A stretch of 18,960 bases of DNA, from IMG/VR virus record IMGVR_UViG_2585427767_000004, one strand, 5' to 3'. The DNA is from a virus. Its lineage: Duplodnaviria > Heunggongvirae > Uroviricota > Caudoviricetes. Position numbers and translations under genes: made by a program. This document shows positions 8,919 through 18,010 of the stretch, piece by piece (within the stretch, counting starts at the first letter, position 1; every line of letters starts with the position of its first letter). The notes under the pieces were generated by a model. The model saw nothing but the letters and a program-made list of their open reading frames with translations. It ran no database searches and had not been told where the DNA came from.

Positions 8919-8962
8919 GGCTGTCAATCGATGTTCCTGTCACAGACAGCCAAGTTTTAGTT
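8919..8962 (+). terminator. Putative Rho-independent terminator downstream of the large ORF
   Basis: GGCTGTC...GACAGCC inverted repeat (7-bp stem; inner CTGTC-ACA-GACAG hairpin also possible) followed by AAGTTTTAGTT, 27 nt after the stop codon. Confidence 0.5.
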
Positions 8963-9107
8963 ATTCGCTGATCTGCACTTAGTTGATGAATATAAACTCA
9001 TCTTAGCAACGTACCTCTCCCTCTTGATTAAAGGTAGCGTACATCGCCCCGTTGAACTCACAGCACTAACAGTCCTCGTGACAGTGGTTATCTGTGATGT
9101 AGAGTCT

Positions 9108-9234
9108 GTGGAGGCGGTTCAAATCCTCTCAGGCAAAAATATGTAAAATCGGTAGCAGCTGGAAATCATTCAACACCCGCACTATCGGAAGTTCACCAGC
9201 CATCCGCAGTAACTTGTCATGGCAAGACACTGCG
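9108..9234. repeat. Direct repeat B (about 130 bp), partner of 4513..4644; ends in a stem-loop
   Basis: Same element as repeat A. Its hairpin is CCGCAGTAACTTG-loop-CAAGACACTGCGG: the stem is preserved with different inner base pairs, i.e. compensatory changes relative to copy A. Lies immediately 3' of the minus-strand gene 9246..9533. Confidence 0.7.
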
Positions 9235-9245
9235 GATTCTTATGC

Positions 9246-9533
9246 TTAACGGATCAACAGCCAGACCAGCAGACACGCCACCACCGGCACAGCAAAATCC
9301 ATCAGGCTTGCCACATCCCAAGCACGCGGATCAAAACCGCCCCACCACGGCATATTCATTCGCTTGCCATGCCCGAACATTTCAATCCAGCGATATTCTG
9401 CCTGGGTATGTTCACGAGCGATGAAGAACGTACAACCAGCTATCGCACCGTAAGCCCAGTTTCCGGTAAAAAGACCAACCAGTACCTGCGCAGCCACAGC
9501 ACAAAGTGCATGAAGTAAGGGGCTTATATCCAT
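9246..9533 (-). CDS. Small hydrophobic (membrane) protein, 95 aa, last gene of the tail-fibre operon; function unknown
   Basis: ORF with two to three hydrophobic segments (LLHALCAVAAQVLVGLF, AVPVVACLLVWLLI). Follows the tail-fibre genes on the same strand with a 13-nt gap. Confidence 0.65.
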   Translation of the reverse strand: MDISPLLHALCAVAAQVLVGLFTGNWAYGAIAGCTFFIAREHTQAEYRWIEMFGHGKRMNMPWWGGFDPRAWDVASLMDFAVPVVACLLVWLLIR

Positions 9534-9546
9534 TACTCCTCCTTTA

Positions 9547-10248
9547 TCAGATATCGTTTCGGGAAGTTGATAACAACTTTAATTCTGACTGAAGTTCATC
9601 AACTCTTTCTGTCAGTTTCTGGATATGGTGAATCAGTGGAACAACCAGACGTTCGTACATTACACCTTCGGCAACAAGGCCATTGCTGGAAATAGCTTCC
9701 GGTGCATCATCTTCGTTAGCTGGTCGCCAGTGTACAAACTGAGGGGCAATTTCTCCTACTTCCTCGGCAATCAATCCGTAGAATCCCCAGTCACGCCTGT
9801 CATTTTCGCATTGCGACCTGTACCACACAGGGCGCATCTTGAAAATGAGATCGGCGTGCTCTGAATCTATCGTCTCTACTGAATGTTTATAGCGAATAGA
9901 CGATGTTGACCGCAGTACAGACGAAATTGCGGGGTCAGGATTAAGATAAAGGTTTGCCGCCGCTGTAGTCGTGGCCAAATTCCATAAATAAAACGCTTCT
10001 CGACCTGTCAGCGGGTAAAAATCACCGCCATAACGACCGCTTTCCAGATCGTTCGCTTCCACTTTGTTTTTCAGCTTATTATCAACTTCAGTTTTTGTGT
10101 ATCTGGTGCTGATATCCTGCTTTGCACTGGTCATATCAGTCTGAAGCGTTGATACTTTTCCGTTAATTGAGGAAATATCTTCCTTAGCTTTACTGACATC
10201 TCCCTTTAGCGTGGTAATGTCTCCCGGAATTACTGTCGATGTAGCCAT
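9547..10248 (-). CDS. Tail fibre domain protein with C-terminal intramolecular chaperone (peptidase S74-like) domain
   Basis: N-terminal coiled-coil-like segment (GDITTLKGDVSKAKEDISSINGKVSTLQTDMTSAKQDIS) and C-terminal WGFYGLIAEEVGEIAPQFV...YERLVVPLIHHIQKLTERVDELQSEL, which matches the pattern I recall for endosialidase-chaperone-type C-terminal domains of phage fibres. Confidence 0.7.
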   Translation of the reverse strand: MATSTVIPGDITTLKGDVSKAKEDISSINGKVSTLQTDMTSAKQDISTRYTKTEVDNKLKNKVEANDLESGRYGGDFYPLTGREAFYLWNLATTTAAANLYLNPDPAISSVLRSTSSIRYKHSVETIDSEHADLIFKMRPVWYRSQCENDRRDWGFYGLIAEEVGEIAPQFVHWRPANEDDAPEAISSNGLVAEGVMYERLVVPLIHHIQKLTERVDELQSELKLLSTSRNDI

Positions 10249-10257
10249 TTTTCTTCC

Positions 10258-10539
10258 TCACATCCAGCCACGAAGTTGATGCTCAACAGCAACCACGTAT
10301 TCATCGAATATTGACAGTGTTTTCACATCATTAATGATGCGCACGTTTACAAAATATCCGTCTTCCTTAACACATACCGGTTCGCCATCTTCATTCAGTT
10401 CTCCGGTTTCTTTGTACACGTTACCTATCACGTCAATAAGAATATCATCCTGCATCGACTCGTCATCATAATAGCCAGTGCTATCCATAAAGGCCGAAAA
10501 GTCGGCCTTGTCTGCAAATTTAAGGGTTAAGTCTCTCAT
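10258..10539 (-). CDS. Hypothetical phage protein (93 aa), translationally coupled to stf
   Basis: Start codon overlaps the stf stop (ATGA overlap at 10536-10539). Acidic protein. Sits where lambda carries tfa but is shorter, and I do not recognise it as Tfa. Confidence 0.65.
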   Translation of the reverse strand: MRDLTLKFADKADFSAFMDSTGYYDDESMQDDILIDVIGNVYKETGELNEDGEPVCVKEDGYFVNVRIINDVKTLSIFDEYVVAVEHQLRGWM

Positions 10540-12596
10540 GATATTTTTTCTCCCATTTGTGTCTCGGTCAATTCTTTATGCCAGTTCCTAAAATTTCGAA
10601 TATGACCGAATAAGTGACGTTCACCCGTTGAAGTTTGCCCACCAAAACGAATGCTTGTATTCTTAGTTACATATCTCCACGCGGTTTTTTTAGGAACACT
10701 AGGAGGAATATCACCATTCAAAACAATATGAACACCATAATCTTTAGTAATTCTAAATCCAGCAACGAACTTTCTCTCTTTCGTTACCAGGTAACTATTA
10801 ACGCGTCCAGCATCTGCACCAACATCAATATAAGGGCTACCAGTATTTGCGGCAGTACCGCCACGGCAACCAAAAATAACGGCCTGGCCCGTTGGCACAC
10901 CGGAAAAATCCATTATACGTGGTGCTGCATTAGGAGGAAGTTCCCATTCCCAATTTCGATGAACTTCGGCTAAAATTGTAATAGGTGCGTCATACATATT
11001 ATTCTTAACAGGAATGTTAACCAAATCACTAGCGCGGGTAGCTGGTACGTCGTTAGTTATGATTAATGATGTTGCATGAGAACATTTCTCTACCTGAGCG
11101 GTTGCCGCCTTTATGTAATTTCCTGCGACCAATTCGCCGCCACTTTTAGCAAGCATTTCAGTACGAGCATAAACGCTCATATCTTCGGTAGCTTTAAATG
11201 TCGATTGGAAAAAATACCATCCACTAGCAGGATCATAATCAACGCGACTAGACAAAACATCACTAACTAGTTTAGCGGTATCAAGATCCAACATAGCATC
11301 AGCAATAAATGTGTTTCCGTTCCCGTCATCATTTAATTTTGAAATACGATGGCGAGCGCGACAACCAGCCCCCTTAACACGAATAGATATAGTAACATAT
11401 TCACCACCAACAACTGGAATCACACGGGATGTCCCAGTAGAAATCAACGTAACTGGCCCAGTGTCGGATGATTCTTTATAAGTGAATGTTGCTTGAGTAA
11501 AACCAAATTCATCAATAGAGTTTTCACTAACAGATAGACGGTTTGTATTTCTGTTCCAGTTCGCTGGTGAGTTACTATTAATAAAGTTATTAGTCGTAGT
11601 ACCTTCAATCAACAAACCATTTTTTTCGAAGCGTGGTTCGTCAATTGCAGCCTCCGTCAGTACACCAGATTTGTTAATGTAGGTTGCTTTCGATGCGCGT
11701 TTAAACTTTACAACCTTATCGCCAGGCATTGTTATTTCATCATCACCAATAACAATCTTTTTATATGATGGCGAAAAGCCCGTAATCATATCCAGTGAAT
11801 CGTTAAACGGTATCCACACATCGGGAAGCGGCTGCAAAACTTGTTTATACGGCTCCGCAGCCTGGCTTGCATACTCTCTGGCTGCGTCTTCACTTGCTTT
11901 AGCTGCTGTCTGGCTTGCTGCCGATGCTTTCGCCGAGTTCGCCGCCGCTGTTTCGCTCGCCTTTGCGTTGTTTTCACTGGTTTTTGCTGCTTTTTGGCTG
12001 TTGGCTGATGCAGTGGCAGAAATAGCCGCCTCGCTTGCAGATCCGGCTGCGGCACTCTCGCTTTCAGCTGCTGCATCCTGACTGTTTTTCGCCGCAGTTT
12101 CGCTGGCTTTAGCGTTCGTTTCGCTGGTCTTCGCTACCGTCTGGCTGGACTTTGCGTTAGTTTCGCTCGTCTTCGCTGCTTTCTGGCTGTTAGCAGCTGC
12201 AGTTTCGGATTTCTTTGCCGCCGCTGCGCTCTGAGAGGCGGCTTCAGCGTTGCGTGCTGCTTCTTCCACCATTGCCTCAAAACGACGCAATGCCTCCGGC
12301 ATGACATCATCTTCCGTCATGGCACCGAGAAAATCATTCAGCGTACCAGGTCTGGAACCTTCATAGACGGTAATGGTTCCGGCATGTGAAGGCGGAAAAC
12401 CTTCAACCAGCAGGGTGACGCTGTACTGGCCATGCTCAACATCCATGCTGTAACTCCCGGCTTCATCCGGATTTTCAGAGGCCACCGTGTTCACCAGTAC
12501 CGTGGTGCTGTTACGCTTTGCTTTGAGCTGAATAGTGCAGTTCTGTATTGGTTTTCCTGCACCGTCTTTCAGCACGCCTGAAATCTGTACTGCCAT
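10536..12596 (-). CDS. stf: Side tail fibre protein (lambda Stf-like) with Ala/Ser/Thr-rich repeat shaft and a distinct C-terminal domain
   Basis: N-terminus MAVQISGVLKDGAGKPIQNCTIQLKAKRNSTTVLVNTVASENPDEAGSYSMDVEHGQYSVTLLVEGFPPSHAGTITVYE closely resembles the lambda Stf N-terminus as I recall it. Start placed at ATG 12596 with GGAG 5 nt upstream; the track start at 12602 is an in-frame GTG. Confidence 0.9.
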   Translation of the reverse strand: MAVQISGVLKDGAGKPIQNCTIQLKAKRNSTTVLVNTVASENPDEAGSYSMDVEHGQYSVTLLVEGFPPSHAGTITVYEGSRPGTLNDFLGAMTEDDVMPEALRRFEAMVEEAARNAEAASQSAAAAKKSETAAANSQKAAKTSETNAKSSQTVAKTSETNAKASETAAKNSQDAAAESESAAAGSASEAAISATASANSQKAAKTSENNAKASETAAANSAKASAASQTAAKASEDAAREYASQAAEPYKQVLQPLPDVWIPFNDSLDMITGFSPSYKKIVIGDDEITMPGDKVVKFKRASKATYINKSGVLTEAAIDEPRFEKNGLLIEGTTTNNFINSNSPANWNRNTNRLSVSENSIDEFGFTQATFTYKESSDTGPVTLISTGTSRVIPVVGGEYVTISIRVKGAGCRARHRISKLNDDGNGNTFIADAMLDLDTAKLVSDVLSSRVDYDPASGWYFFQSTFKATEDMSVYARTEMLAKSGGELVAGNYIKAATAQVEKCSHATSLIITNDVPATRASDLVNIPVKNNMYDAPITILAEVHRNWEWELPPNAAPRIMDFSGVPTGQAVIFGCRGGTAANTGSPYIDVGADAGRVNSYLVTKERKFVAGFRITKDYGVHIVLNGDIPPSVPKKTAWRYVTKNTSIRFGGQTSTGERHLFGHIRNFRNWHKELTETQMGEKIS
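11855..12270 (-). repeat. Tandem short repeats inside stf encoding an (A)KTSETNAKAS-like Ala/Ser/Thr-rich shaft
   Basis: Protein residues about 112-250 consist of reiterated AAKTSETNAK / SQKAAKTSE / ASETAAKNS units; the DNA shows corresponding reiterated GCTTTAGC/GTTTCGCT/GTCTTCGC blocks. Confidence 0.55.
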
Positions 12597-12610
12597 ATTC
12601 ACTCCACAAA

Positions 12611-12635
12611 TAAAAAAGGCGCCATTTCTGGCGCC
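12611..12635 (-). terminator. Rho-independent terminator between J and stf
   Basis: On the minus strand: GGCGCC-AGAAAT-GGCGCC followed by TTTTTTA, beginning 21 nt after the J stop and ending just upstream of the stf ribosome-binding site. Confidence 0.65.
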
Positions 12636-12656
12636 CGTATTGGGGTTATAAATATT

Positions 12657-15600
12657 TCAACGGATACTGATACCGGAAGCAGCTTTTTTGGTCACAATCA
12701 CTGTACAGTCTGTGATGTTACCTGCGCCCTGATTGCCTTTCTGGAAAACCTTAAACTCCAGAGTGACGCTTCCCCTGCCACTCGGCATATCAATAACCGC
12801 ACTGTAGCTACCGGGAATGGCCCCTTTAGTTTCTCTGGATGCGATTAATACACCGTTTTTGCGAACTTCAAAACCATAACCCGTGTATCTTGTACCTCCC
12901 GGGTTATTACCACTTCCCGGATCGCTATACGCTATTCCGTTAAAGATAATGGGCGGAATAATGATTTGACGGTCAAAGTTATGATCATCGCTGATGGTGA
13001 CTGTAACCGTCCCGTTTGGTGTTTCCGTATTACCCCACGTACCAGCCTGTTTCGGGAATGATTTGGATACAGCTTTAACGAAGTCACCTCTGACCTGAGT
13101 CGCCTCCAGCATGCCCTTAATCGTACAGTTTTCATTTACCGTGACATTGTTGAACGTCCCGGCGTTCGCATTCACACTGCCACTGATATCCGCATTTTTA
13201 GCGGTCAGCTTTCCGTCTGATGTCAGGGAAAATGCCGGTGGATTTCCACCACTGGTAATGGTCGGGGCCGTCAGGCGCTTCAGGAACACGTCGTTCATAA
13301 ATATCTGATTGCCCTGCGCCACAAACATCGGCGTTTCATTCCCGTTTGCCGGGTCAATAAACGCGATACGGTTAGCGGCAACCAGAAACTGGCTCAGCTT
13401 GCCTTCTTCCGTGTCCTCCATGCTGAGGCCAATACCCGCGACATAATGTTTGCCGTCTTTGGTCTGCTCAATTTTGACGCCCCACATGGCATTCCACTTA
13501 TCGTTAGCGTCCTGCCACTCTTTCGAAAACTCCTCCAGTTTGCTGGCGTTATCCTCCGTCAGCTCGACTTTTTCCAGCAGCTCCTTGCCGAGATGGGATT
13601 CGGTTATCTGGCCTTTGAAAAAATCCAGGTAACCTTCCGCATCATCGCTCGCCTGACCGACAGCCTCCACGAATGCCGATTTGCCAACGGTGTTCACACT
13701 GCGGATATAAAAGTAATAATCATGGCCCGGTTTGATATTGATACTGGCGGCTATCCAGTACATCCCCGTGCCAAGATAGCGGGCTGTGGTTTCAACCTGC
13801 CTGATATCCGCAATCCGTTTTTCCGAGAACCAGAACTCAAACTGTACCGTCGGGTCATAAACCGCAAGATGCGGCGTGGCGGTTATCTGAAAATAGCCCG
13901 GTGTCAGCTCAATCCGAGACGGCGCTGCCGGTGCGGCAATCCGGAACGATACCGATGCCGGATCGCCCTGCTGTCCCCACGCATTTACCGCCCGGACTGT
14001 CAGCCTGTAGTTCCCCAGCGCCAGTTGCGTGAAGCGGTATGTGGTTTCCGCCGTCCGGGCCGTGCTGACCAGCCGCTCACTGCCGTCATCCGCTGCCACG
14101 GTCAGGCGAAGCATGAAACTCACGCCCTTCACCACCTTCGGCGTGTCCCAGCGGGCCAGCACCTGGTATTCCCCACTGTCTGCGGTGACTTCGGCAGTCA
14201 GGTGCTGCACCGCTGGCGGCGTGACACCATTCACCGTGCCGCTCTGGTCGCCGTCAAAGTGCGCCCCGTTATCCACGATGGCTTCTTTTTCCGGTACATG
14301 CTGCACGGCGGTGATGGCATACGTGCCGTCGTCGTTCTCACGGATACTCACGCAGCGGAACAGGCGCTGGCGCAGCGTCGGCAGCTTCAGCCCCCACACG
14401 CTGTATTCAGCAACGCCGTCAGGAACACGGCTCACTTTCACCTTCACGCCGTCGGTGACGGACTGAACCTCCACGCTGACCGGATTGCCACTTCCGTCAA
14501 CCAGGCTTATCAGCGTGGTACCGGAGGATGGCAGCGTGATTTCACGGTCGAGCGTCAGCGTCCGGGTCTGGCTGTTTACCGCCAGCACGCGCCCGCCGGT
14601 GCTGATACCGGCATAGTCATCATCACAGATTTCAATGACATCGCCCGGCACATGGCGAAGCCCTTCGGCACCCACGCTGAAGTCCACCGTCTGCGTTTCC
14701 AGCAGCTCCGTTTTAATCAGCCACAGCCCGGCGCGGTGTGCCTGCCCCCGGCTGGTACAGCCAAAGGCATCCATCTTCGTGACGTTACGACCGTAACGGG
14801 CAATGGCCTGCGAGTCCTCCACAAGCTCTGTTGCCGTCTCCCAGCCGTTATCCGGGTCAATCCAGTTCACCTCAACGGCATTATGGCGGTCTTTCAGGGC
14901 GCTGAAGCTGTAGCGGAACGGCGCGCCATCATCCGGCATCACCACATTACTGCGGTTATAGGTCCACACCTTATCCGACGGTCGGTCCTGCACGAACGTC
15001 AGCGTCTGCCCGTTCCATACCGGCATACAGCGCATCGCCGAGCAGAAATCACTGAGCACATCCCACGCCTTGCGCTGTGTGGTCAGGTATGCATTACAGG
15101 TGATGCGCGGCTCCGTGCCGCCAAAGCCGTCCGGTACTGACTGGTCGCAGTACTGGCCGATGACATACAGCGCCCATTTGTCCACATCCGCCGCACCAAG
15201 ACGTTTCCCCATGCCGTAGCGTGGATGGGTCAGCATATCCCACAGACACCAGGCCATGTTGTTGCTGTATGCCGGTTTAAACGTTCCGTCCCAGATACCG
15301 CTGTATTGCCGCGTCTGCGGGTTATAGTTCGACGGCACCTGCAGAATGCGCCCGCGAAGATGATAATTACGGCTCACCTGCTGGCTGCCGAACTGCTCCG
15401 AATCCACCTGTACGCCGACCAGTGCCGTGTTCGGGTAGCACTGTTTCACATCGATGATTTCGGTGTATGACGACCAGAGCGTTTTGTTCTGCAGCTGGTC
15501 TGTGGTGCTGTCCGGTGTCATCCTGCGCATCCGGATATTGAACGGGCGCGGCGGCAGGTTATCCACCACCACCGAGGCCAGATACTGCGAGGTGGTTTTG

Positions 15601-16070
15601 CCCTTAATGGTGATGTCTTTTTCCGTCACCCAGCCACCGTTACGCTGTATCTGAACCAGCAGGCGGACTTCCGACGGATTCCTGTCTCCCTTTGAGGTGG
15701 TTTCCACCAGTGCCTGTACACCGAAGGTAAAGCGCAGACGGTCGATGTTTGCCGACGTGATGGTCCGGGTGATCGGCGTGTCATATTTCACTTCCGTACC
15801 CAGCACCGTCTCGGAGCCGGAGGATTCAAATCCCTCCGGCGGTGACTGCTCCTGCTCACCGGCCCGGAACACCACCGTGACGCCGGAGATGTTGGTATTC
15901 CCCTCAGTGTCCAGCACCGGCGTACTGTTCAGCAGCACACTTTTTAATCCCTCCACCGGACCTTCAACCGGCCCTTCGCTGATGGCATCGATCACACTCA
16001 GCAACTGCGTGGACTTCAGGTTGTCCTTCGCTTCGCGCGGGGTATGCCCCTTACTGCTGCCTTTACCCAT
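12657..16070 (-). CDS. J: Host specificity protein J (central tail fibre / tip attachment protein)
   Basis: 1137-aa protein beginning [34 protein letters not shown], colinear with lambda J as I recall it over most of its length. The C-terminal roughly 130 aa (from about [20 protein letters not shown]) appear different. GGAG ribosome-binding site upstream. Confidence 0.95.
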   Translation of the reverse strand: MGKGSSKGHTPREAKDNLKSTQLLSVIDAISEGPVEGPVEGLKSVLLNSTPVLDTEGNTNISGVTVVFRAGEQEQSPPEGFESSGSETVLGTEVKYDTPITRTITSANIDRLRFTFGVQALVETTSKGDRNPSEVRLLVQIQRNGGWVTEKDITIKGKTTSQYLASVVVDNLPPRPFNIRMRRMTPDSTTDQLQNKTLWSSYTEIIDVKQCYPNTALVGVQVDSEQFGSQQVSRNYHLRGRILQVPSNYNPQTRQYSGIWDGTFKPAYSNNMAWCLWDMLTHPRYGMGKRLGAADVDKWALYVIGQYCDQSVPDGFGGTEPRITCNAYLTTQRKAWDVLSDFCSAMRCMPVWNGQTLTFVQDRPSDKVWTYNRSNVVMPDDGAPFRYSFSALKDRHNAVEVNWIDPDNGWETATELVEDSQAIARYGRNVTKMDAFGCTSRGQAHRAGLWLIKTELLETQTVDFSVGAEGLRHVPGDVIEICDDDYAGISTGGRVLAVNSQTRTLTLDREITLPSSGTTLISLVDGSGNPVSVEVQSVTDGVKVKVSRVPDGVAEYSVWGLKLPTLRQRLFRCVSIRENDDGTYAITAVQHVPEKEAIVDNGAHFDGDQSGTVNGVTPPAVQHLTAEVTADSGEYQVLARWDTPKVVKGVSFMLRLTVAADDGSERLVSTARTAETTYRFTQLALGNYRLTVRAVNAWGQQGDPASVSFRIAAPAAPSRIELTPGYFQITATPHLAVYDPTVQFEFWFSEKRIADIRQVETTARYLGTGMYWIAASINIKPGHDYYFYIRSVNTVGKSAFVEAVGQASDDAEGYLDFFKGQITESHLGKELLEKVELTEDNASKLEEFSKEWQDANDKWNAMWGVKIEQTKDGKHYVAGIGLSMEDTEEGKLSQFLVAANRIAFIDPANGNETPMFVAQGNQIFMNDVFLKRLTAPTITSGGNPPAFSLTSDGKLTAKNADISGSVNANAGTFNNVTVNENCTIKGMLEATQVRGDFVKAVSKSFPKQAGTWGNTETPNGTVTVTISDDHNFDRQIIIPPIIFNGIAYSDPGSGNNPGGTRYTGYGFEVRKNGVLIASRETKGAIPGSYSAVIDMPSGRGSVTLEFKVFQKGNQGAGNITDCTVIVTKKAASGISIR

Positions 16071-16130
16071 TCCTCACGCTCCATAAACGACAAAACCGCC
16101 CGCAGGCGGTTTCACATAAAACATTTTGCA

Positions 16131-16778
16131 TCAGCGACCAATCACCACAACCTGACCACCGTCCCCTTCGTCTGCCGTGCTGATCTCCTGAGAAACCACG
16201 CGTGACCCCACGCGCATTTCCCCGTACAGAACAGGCAGAACATTGCCCTGGGCAACCATGTTATCCAGTGAGGAGAAATACGTGTTCTGTTTGCCGTTAT
16301 CCGTTGTCTGTGTGCGGGGAGTTCTGGCTTTCGGTGCCAGCATCTGCGCCACACCGCCCAGGATCATACTGGCCCCTGCCGCATACATGCCCGATACAGC
16401 CGCGGCACCCAGCCAGCCCACAGGGTTCCACCATGCCACCGCAATCAGCGCAGCCCCCAGCACTGCCTGAAAAACACCGCCACTTTTGGCACCCGCCAGA
16501 CGCGGTACGATGTGGATCACGGCACCATTTGCCAGCGGCTCATTAAGACGGGCAGATAATTCGTTTTCGCCTGCATCACGCCCGGCAATGCGCACCTGAT
16601 ACCAGCCCTCATTCAGTTTCTGACGAAACGCCGGGAGCTGCGTGGCCAGCGCCCGGATAGCTTCGGCTCCCGTTTTCACACGAAGGTCGATGCGGTGGCC
16701 AAATCGTTGCAAATCCCCGTAAAGGCAGATGCGTGCCATGCCCGGTGACGCCAGAGGGAGTGTGTGCGTCGCTGCCAT
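16131..16778 (-). CDS. I: Tail assembly protein I
   Basis: MAATHTLPLASPGMARICLYGDLQRFG... with C-terminal ...KQNTYFSSLDNMVAQGNVLPVLYGEMRVGSRVVSQEISTADEGDGGQVVVIGR, matching lambda gpI as recalled; position between K and J. Confidence 0.9.
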   Translation of the reverse strand: MAATHTLPLASPGMARICLYGDLQRFGHRIDLRVKTGAEAIRALATQLPAFRQKLNEGWYQVRIAGRDAGENELSARLNEPLANGAVIHIVPRLAGAKSGGVFQAVLGAALIAVAWWNPVGWLGAAAVSGMYAAGASMILGGVAQMLAPKARTPRTQTTDNGKQNTYFSSLDNMVAQGNVLPVLYGEMRVGSRVVSQEISTADEGDGGQVVVIGR

Positions 16779-17419
16779 TTGTCGGTATACCTCTCTCGTT
16801 TGCTCAGTTGTTCAGGAATATGGTGCAGCAGCTCGCCGTCGCCGCAGTAAATGGCGGCATGATTCGGCACCGATGAACCAAAGCAGCACAGCAGCACATC
16901 GCCCGGCTGCGCCTCTGTCAGTGCGGCACGGTAAAAACCAGTCGCCTCCATATTGTCAAGATAGAGATTCTGGCCGTTACGCCACCAGTCATCCCCGCGA
17001 TGAAAATCCGGCATCTCAATTCCCGCCAGATGGTAAGCGTCCCGGAACAGCGTGTAACAGTCCGTCACCCCGTGCTCAAAGCGCCGCCCGGTGAGATGCG
17101 GCACACAGCGGAACTTATGAATCGCCCCGCGGCAGACCAGCCACCACGGCAAATCACTCTGCACCTGCAGCCGCCGGTCGGCCTCACTCAGCCAGGGCAG
17201 ACCACCGGGGTGGCTGTGGACCAGCGCCACAATCTCACCCTGCATCTCTGCCTGCAGCCAGCCCTCCGGAGCCATCCGGAAATACTCCTCCGGCTCACCG
17301 GAAATATTCACGCAGGGAAAATATCTTTCCCCCTCCGGCGTTCTCACCACGAAGCCGCACGACTCCGCTGGCGCACATCGCCGGGCGTGCGCCAGAATCG
17401 CTGATTCTGTCTCTGTCAT
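16676..17419 (-). CDS. K: Tail assembly protein K (JAB/MPN metalloprotease-like plus NlpC/P60-like domains)
   Basis: MTETESAILAHARRCAPAESCGF...; JAMM-type motif HSHPGGLPWLSEAD (HxH-x7-S-x2-D) is visible. ORF overlaps the start of I by about 100 nt in a different frame. Confidence 0.9.
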   Translation of the reverse strand: MTETESAILAHARRCAPAESCGFVVRTPEGERYFPCVNISGEPEEYFRMAPEGWLQAEMQGEIVALVHSHPGGLPWLSEADRRLQVQSDLPWWLVCRGAIHKFRCVPHLTGRRFEHGVTDCYTLFRDAYHLAGIEMPDFHRGDDWWRNGQNLYLDNMEATGFYRAALTEAQPGDVLLCCFGSSVPNHAAIYCGDGELLHHIPEQLSKRERYTDKWQRRTHSLWRHRAWHASAFTGICNDLATASTFV

Positions 17420-17424
17420 GGGAT

Positions 17425-17968
17425 TTACTGCGAAAGTTTGTTAATGGAAAGGAAGCCGCCAAAGTTGCCGACGTTATTGCGGAACTTACAGCCGCTCAGG
17501 CATTTGCTGCATTTATCCTTCGTGATATCGGATGTTGGCTGGTCATATTCATCCGCGACAGCCGGACCGCTATAACCGCACTCATCACCGCGATAGGTCC
17601 AGGTGCAGGTGTTGGCCAGCATGATACGTCCCGGAAAAACAGCGCCATCCGTTTCCGTCGGTGTGGACAACACAAAGGAGGCACTTACCGCGCTCAGTTC
17701 GCTGCACTGCTCAATGCGCCAGCGGCTGATCACCTCCTGCTCTGGATCGGCGTCGCTGTTTCCGTTGACGAAGTTCACCGCATCCAGAAAACGGGCATAA
17801 ACCTTACGCCTGACCACCGTTCCGCCGACCAGACTCTGCAGGTCTTCCGCCATCCCGGTGACCATACCGTACAGGTTAGAAACCGTCAGCATGGGGCGCG
17901 TACTGGTGCCTTTGCCATTCAGTTCGAAACCACTCCCCTGAATGGGATACGCCTGATACTGTCGCCCC
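17425..17968 (-). pseudogene. L: Minor tail protein L, 5'-truncated by IS insertion
   Basis: From ...GRQYQAYPIQGSGFELNGKGTSTRP to the C-terminal ...GNFGGFLSINKLSQ resembles lambda gpL. The first codons of the track ORF (MSNIWGAVQ, 17969..17994) are encoded by the IS left end, and the expected N-terminal roughly 50 residues of L are absent from this side. Confidence 0.8.
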
Positions 17969-18010
17969 TGAACTGCACCCCAAATGTTGGACATAATCTG
18001 ACATCTGAAG

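Larger units (their letters stand above)
1509..17968. mobile_element. Lambda-like prophage, attR-proximal part: cargo region plus tail genes L(partial)-K-I-J-stf
   Basis: Colinear lambda tail-gene order on the minus strand (L, K, I, J, stf) ending in accessory DNA and a tRNA 3' fragment, as expected for the J/b-region/attR end of a lambdoid prophage. The left boundary is inferred from the tRNA fragment; the right side is interrupted by the IS and continues beyond the window. Confidence 0.75.

Noticed and set aside
9219-9518. 99-aa plus-strand ORF (and 9242..9424)
   Set aside because: Antisense to the minus-strand small membrane protein gene, which is in operon context with the tail-fibre genes; the Pro/His/Arg-rich translation is not protein-like.
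13446-15140. 564-aa plus-strand ORF (and other plus-strand ORFs at 13111..13308, 14029..14466, 15225..16086)
   Set aside because: They lie entirely antisense to gene J in GC-rich DNA and have Arg/His/Cys-rich, low-complexity translations. These are typical shadow ORFs of a highly expressed, GC-rich gene.
16142-17800. Plus- and minus-strand ORFs overlapping I, K and L (16142..16354, 16202..16546, 16243..16470, 16729..17094, 17000..17404, 17496..17684, 17603..17800)
   Set aside because: Antisense or alternative-frame ORFs within well-supported lambda tail genes, with non-protein-like composition.
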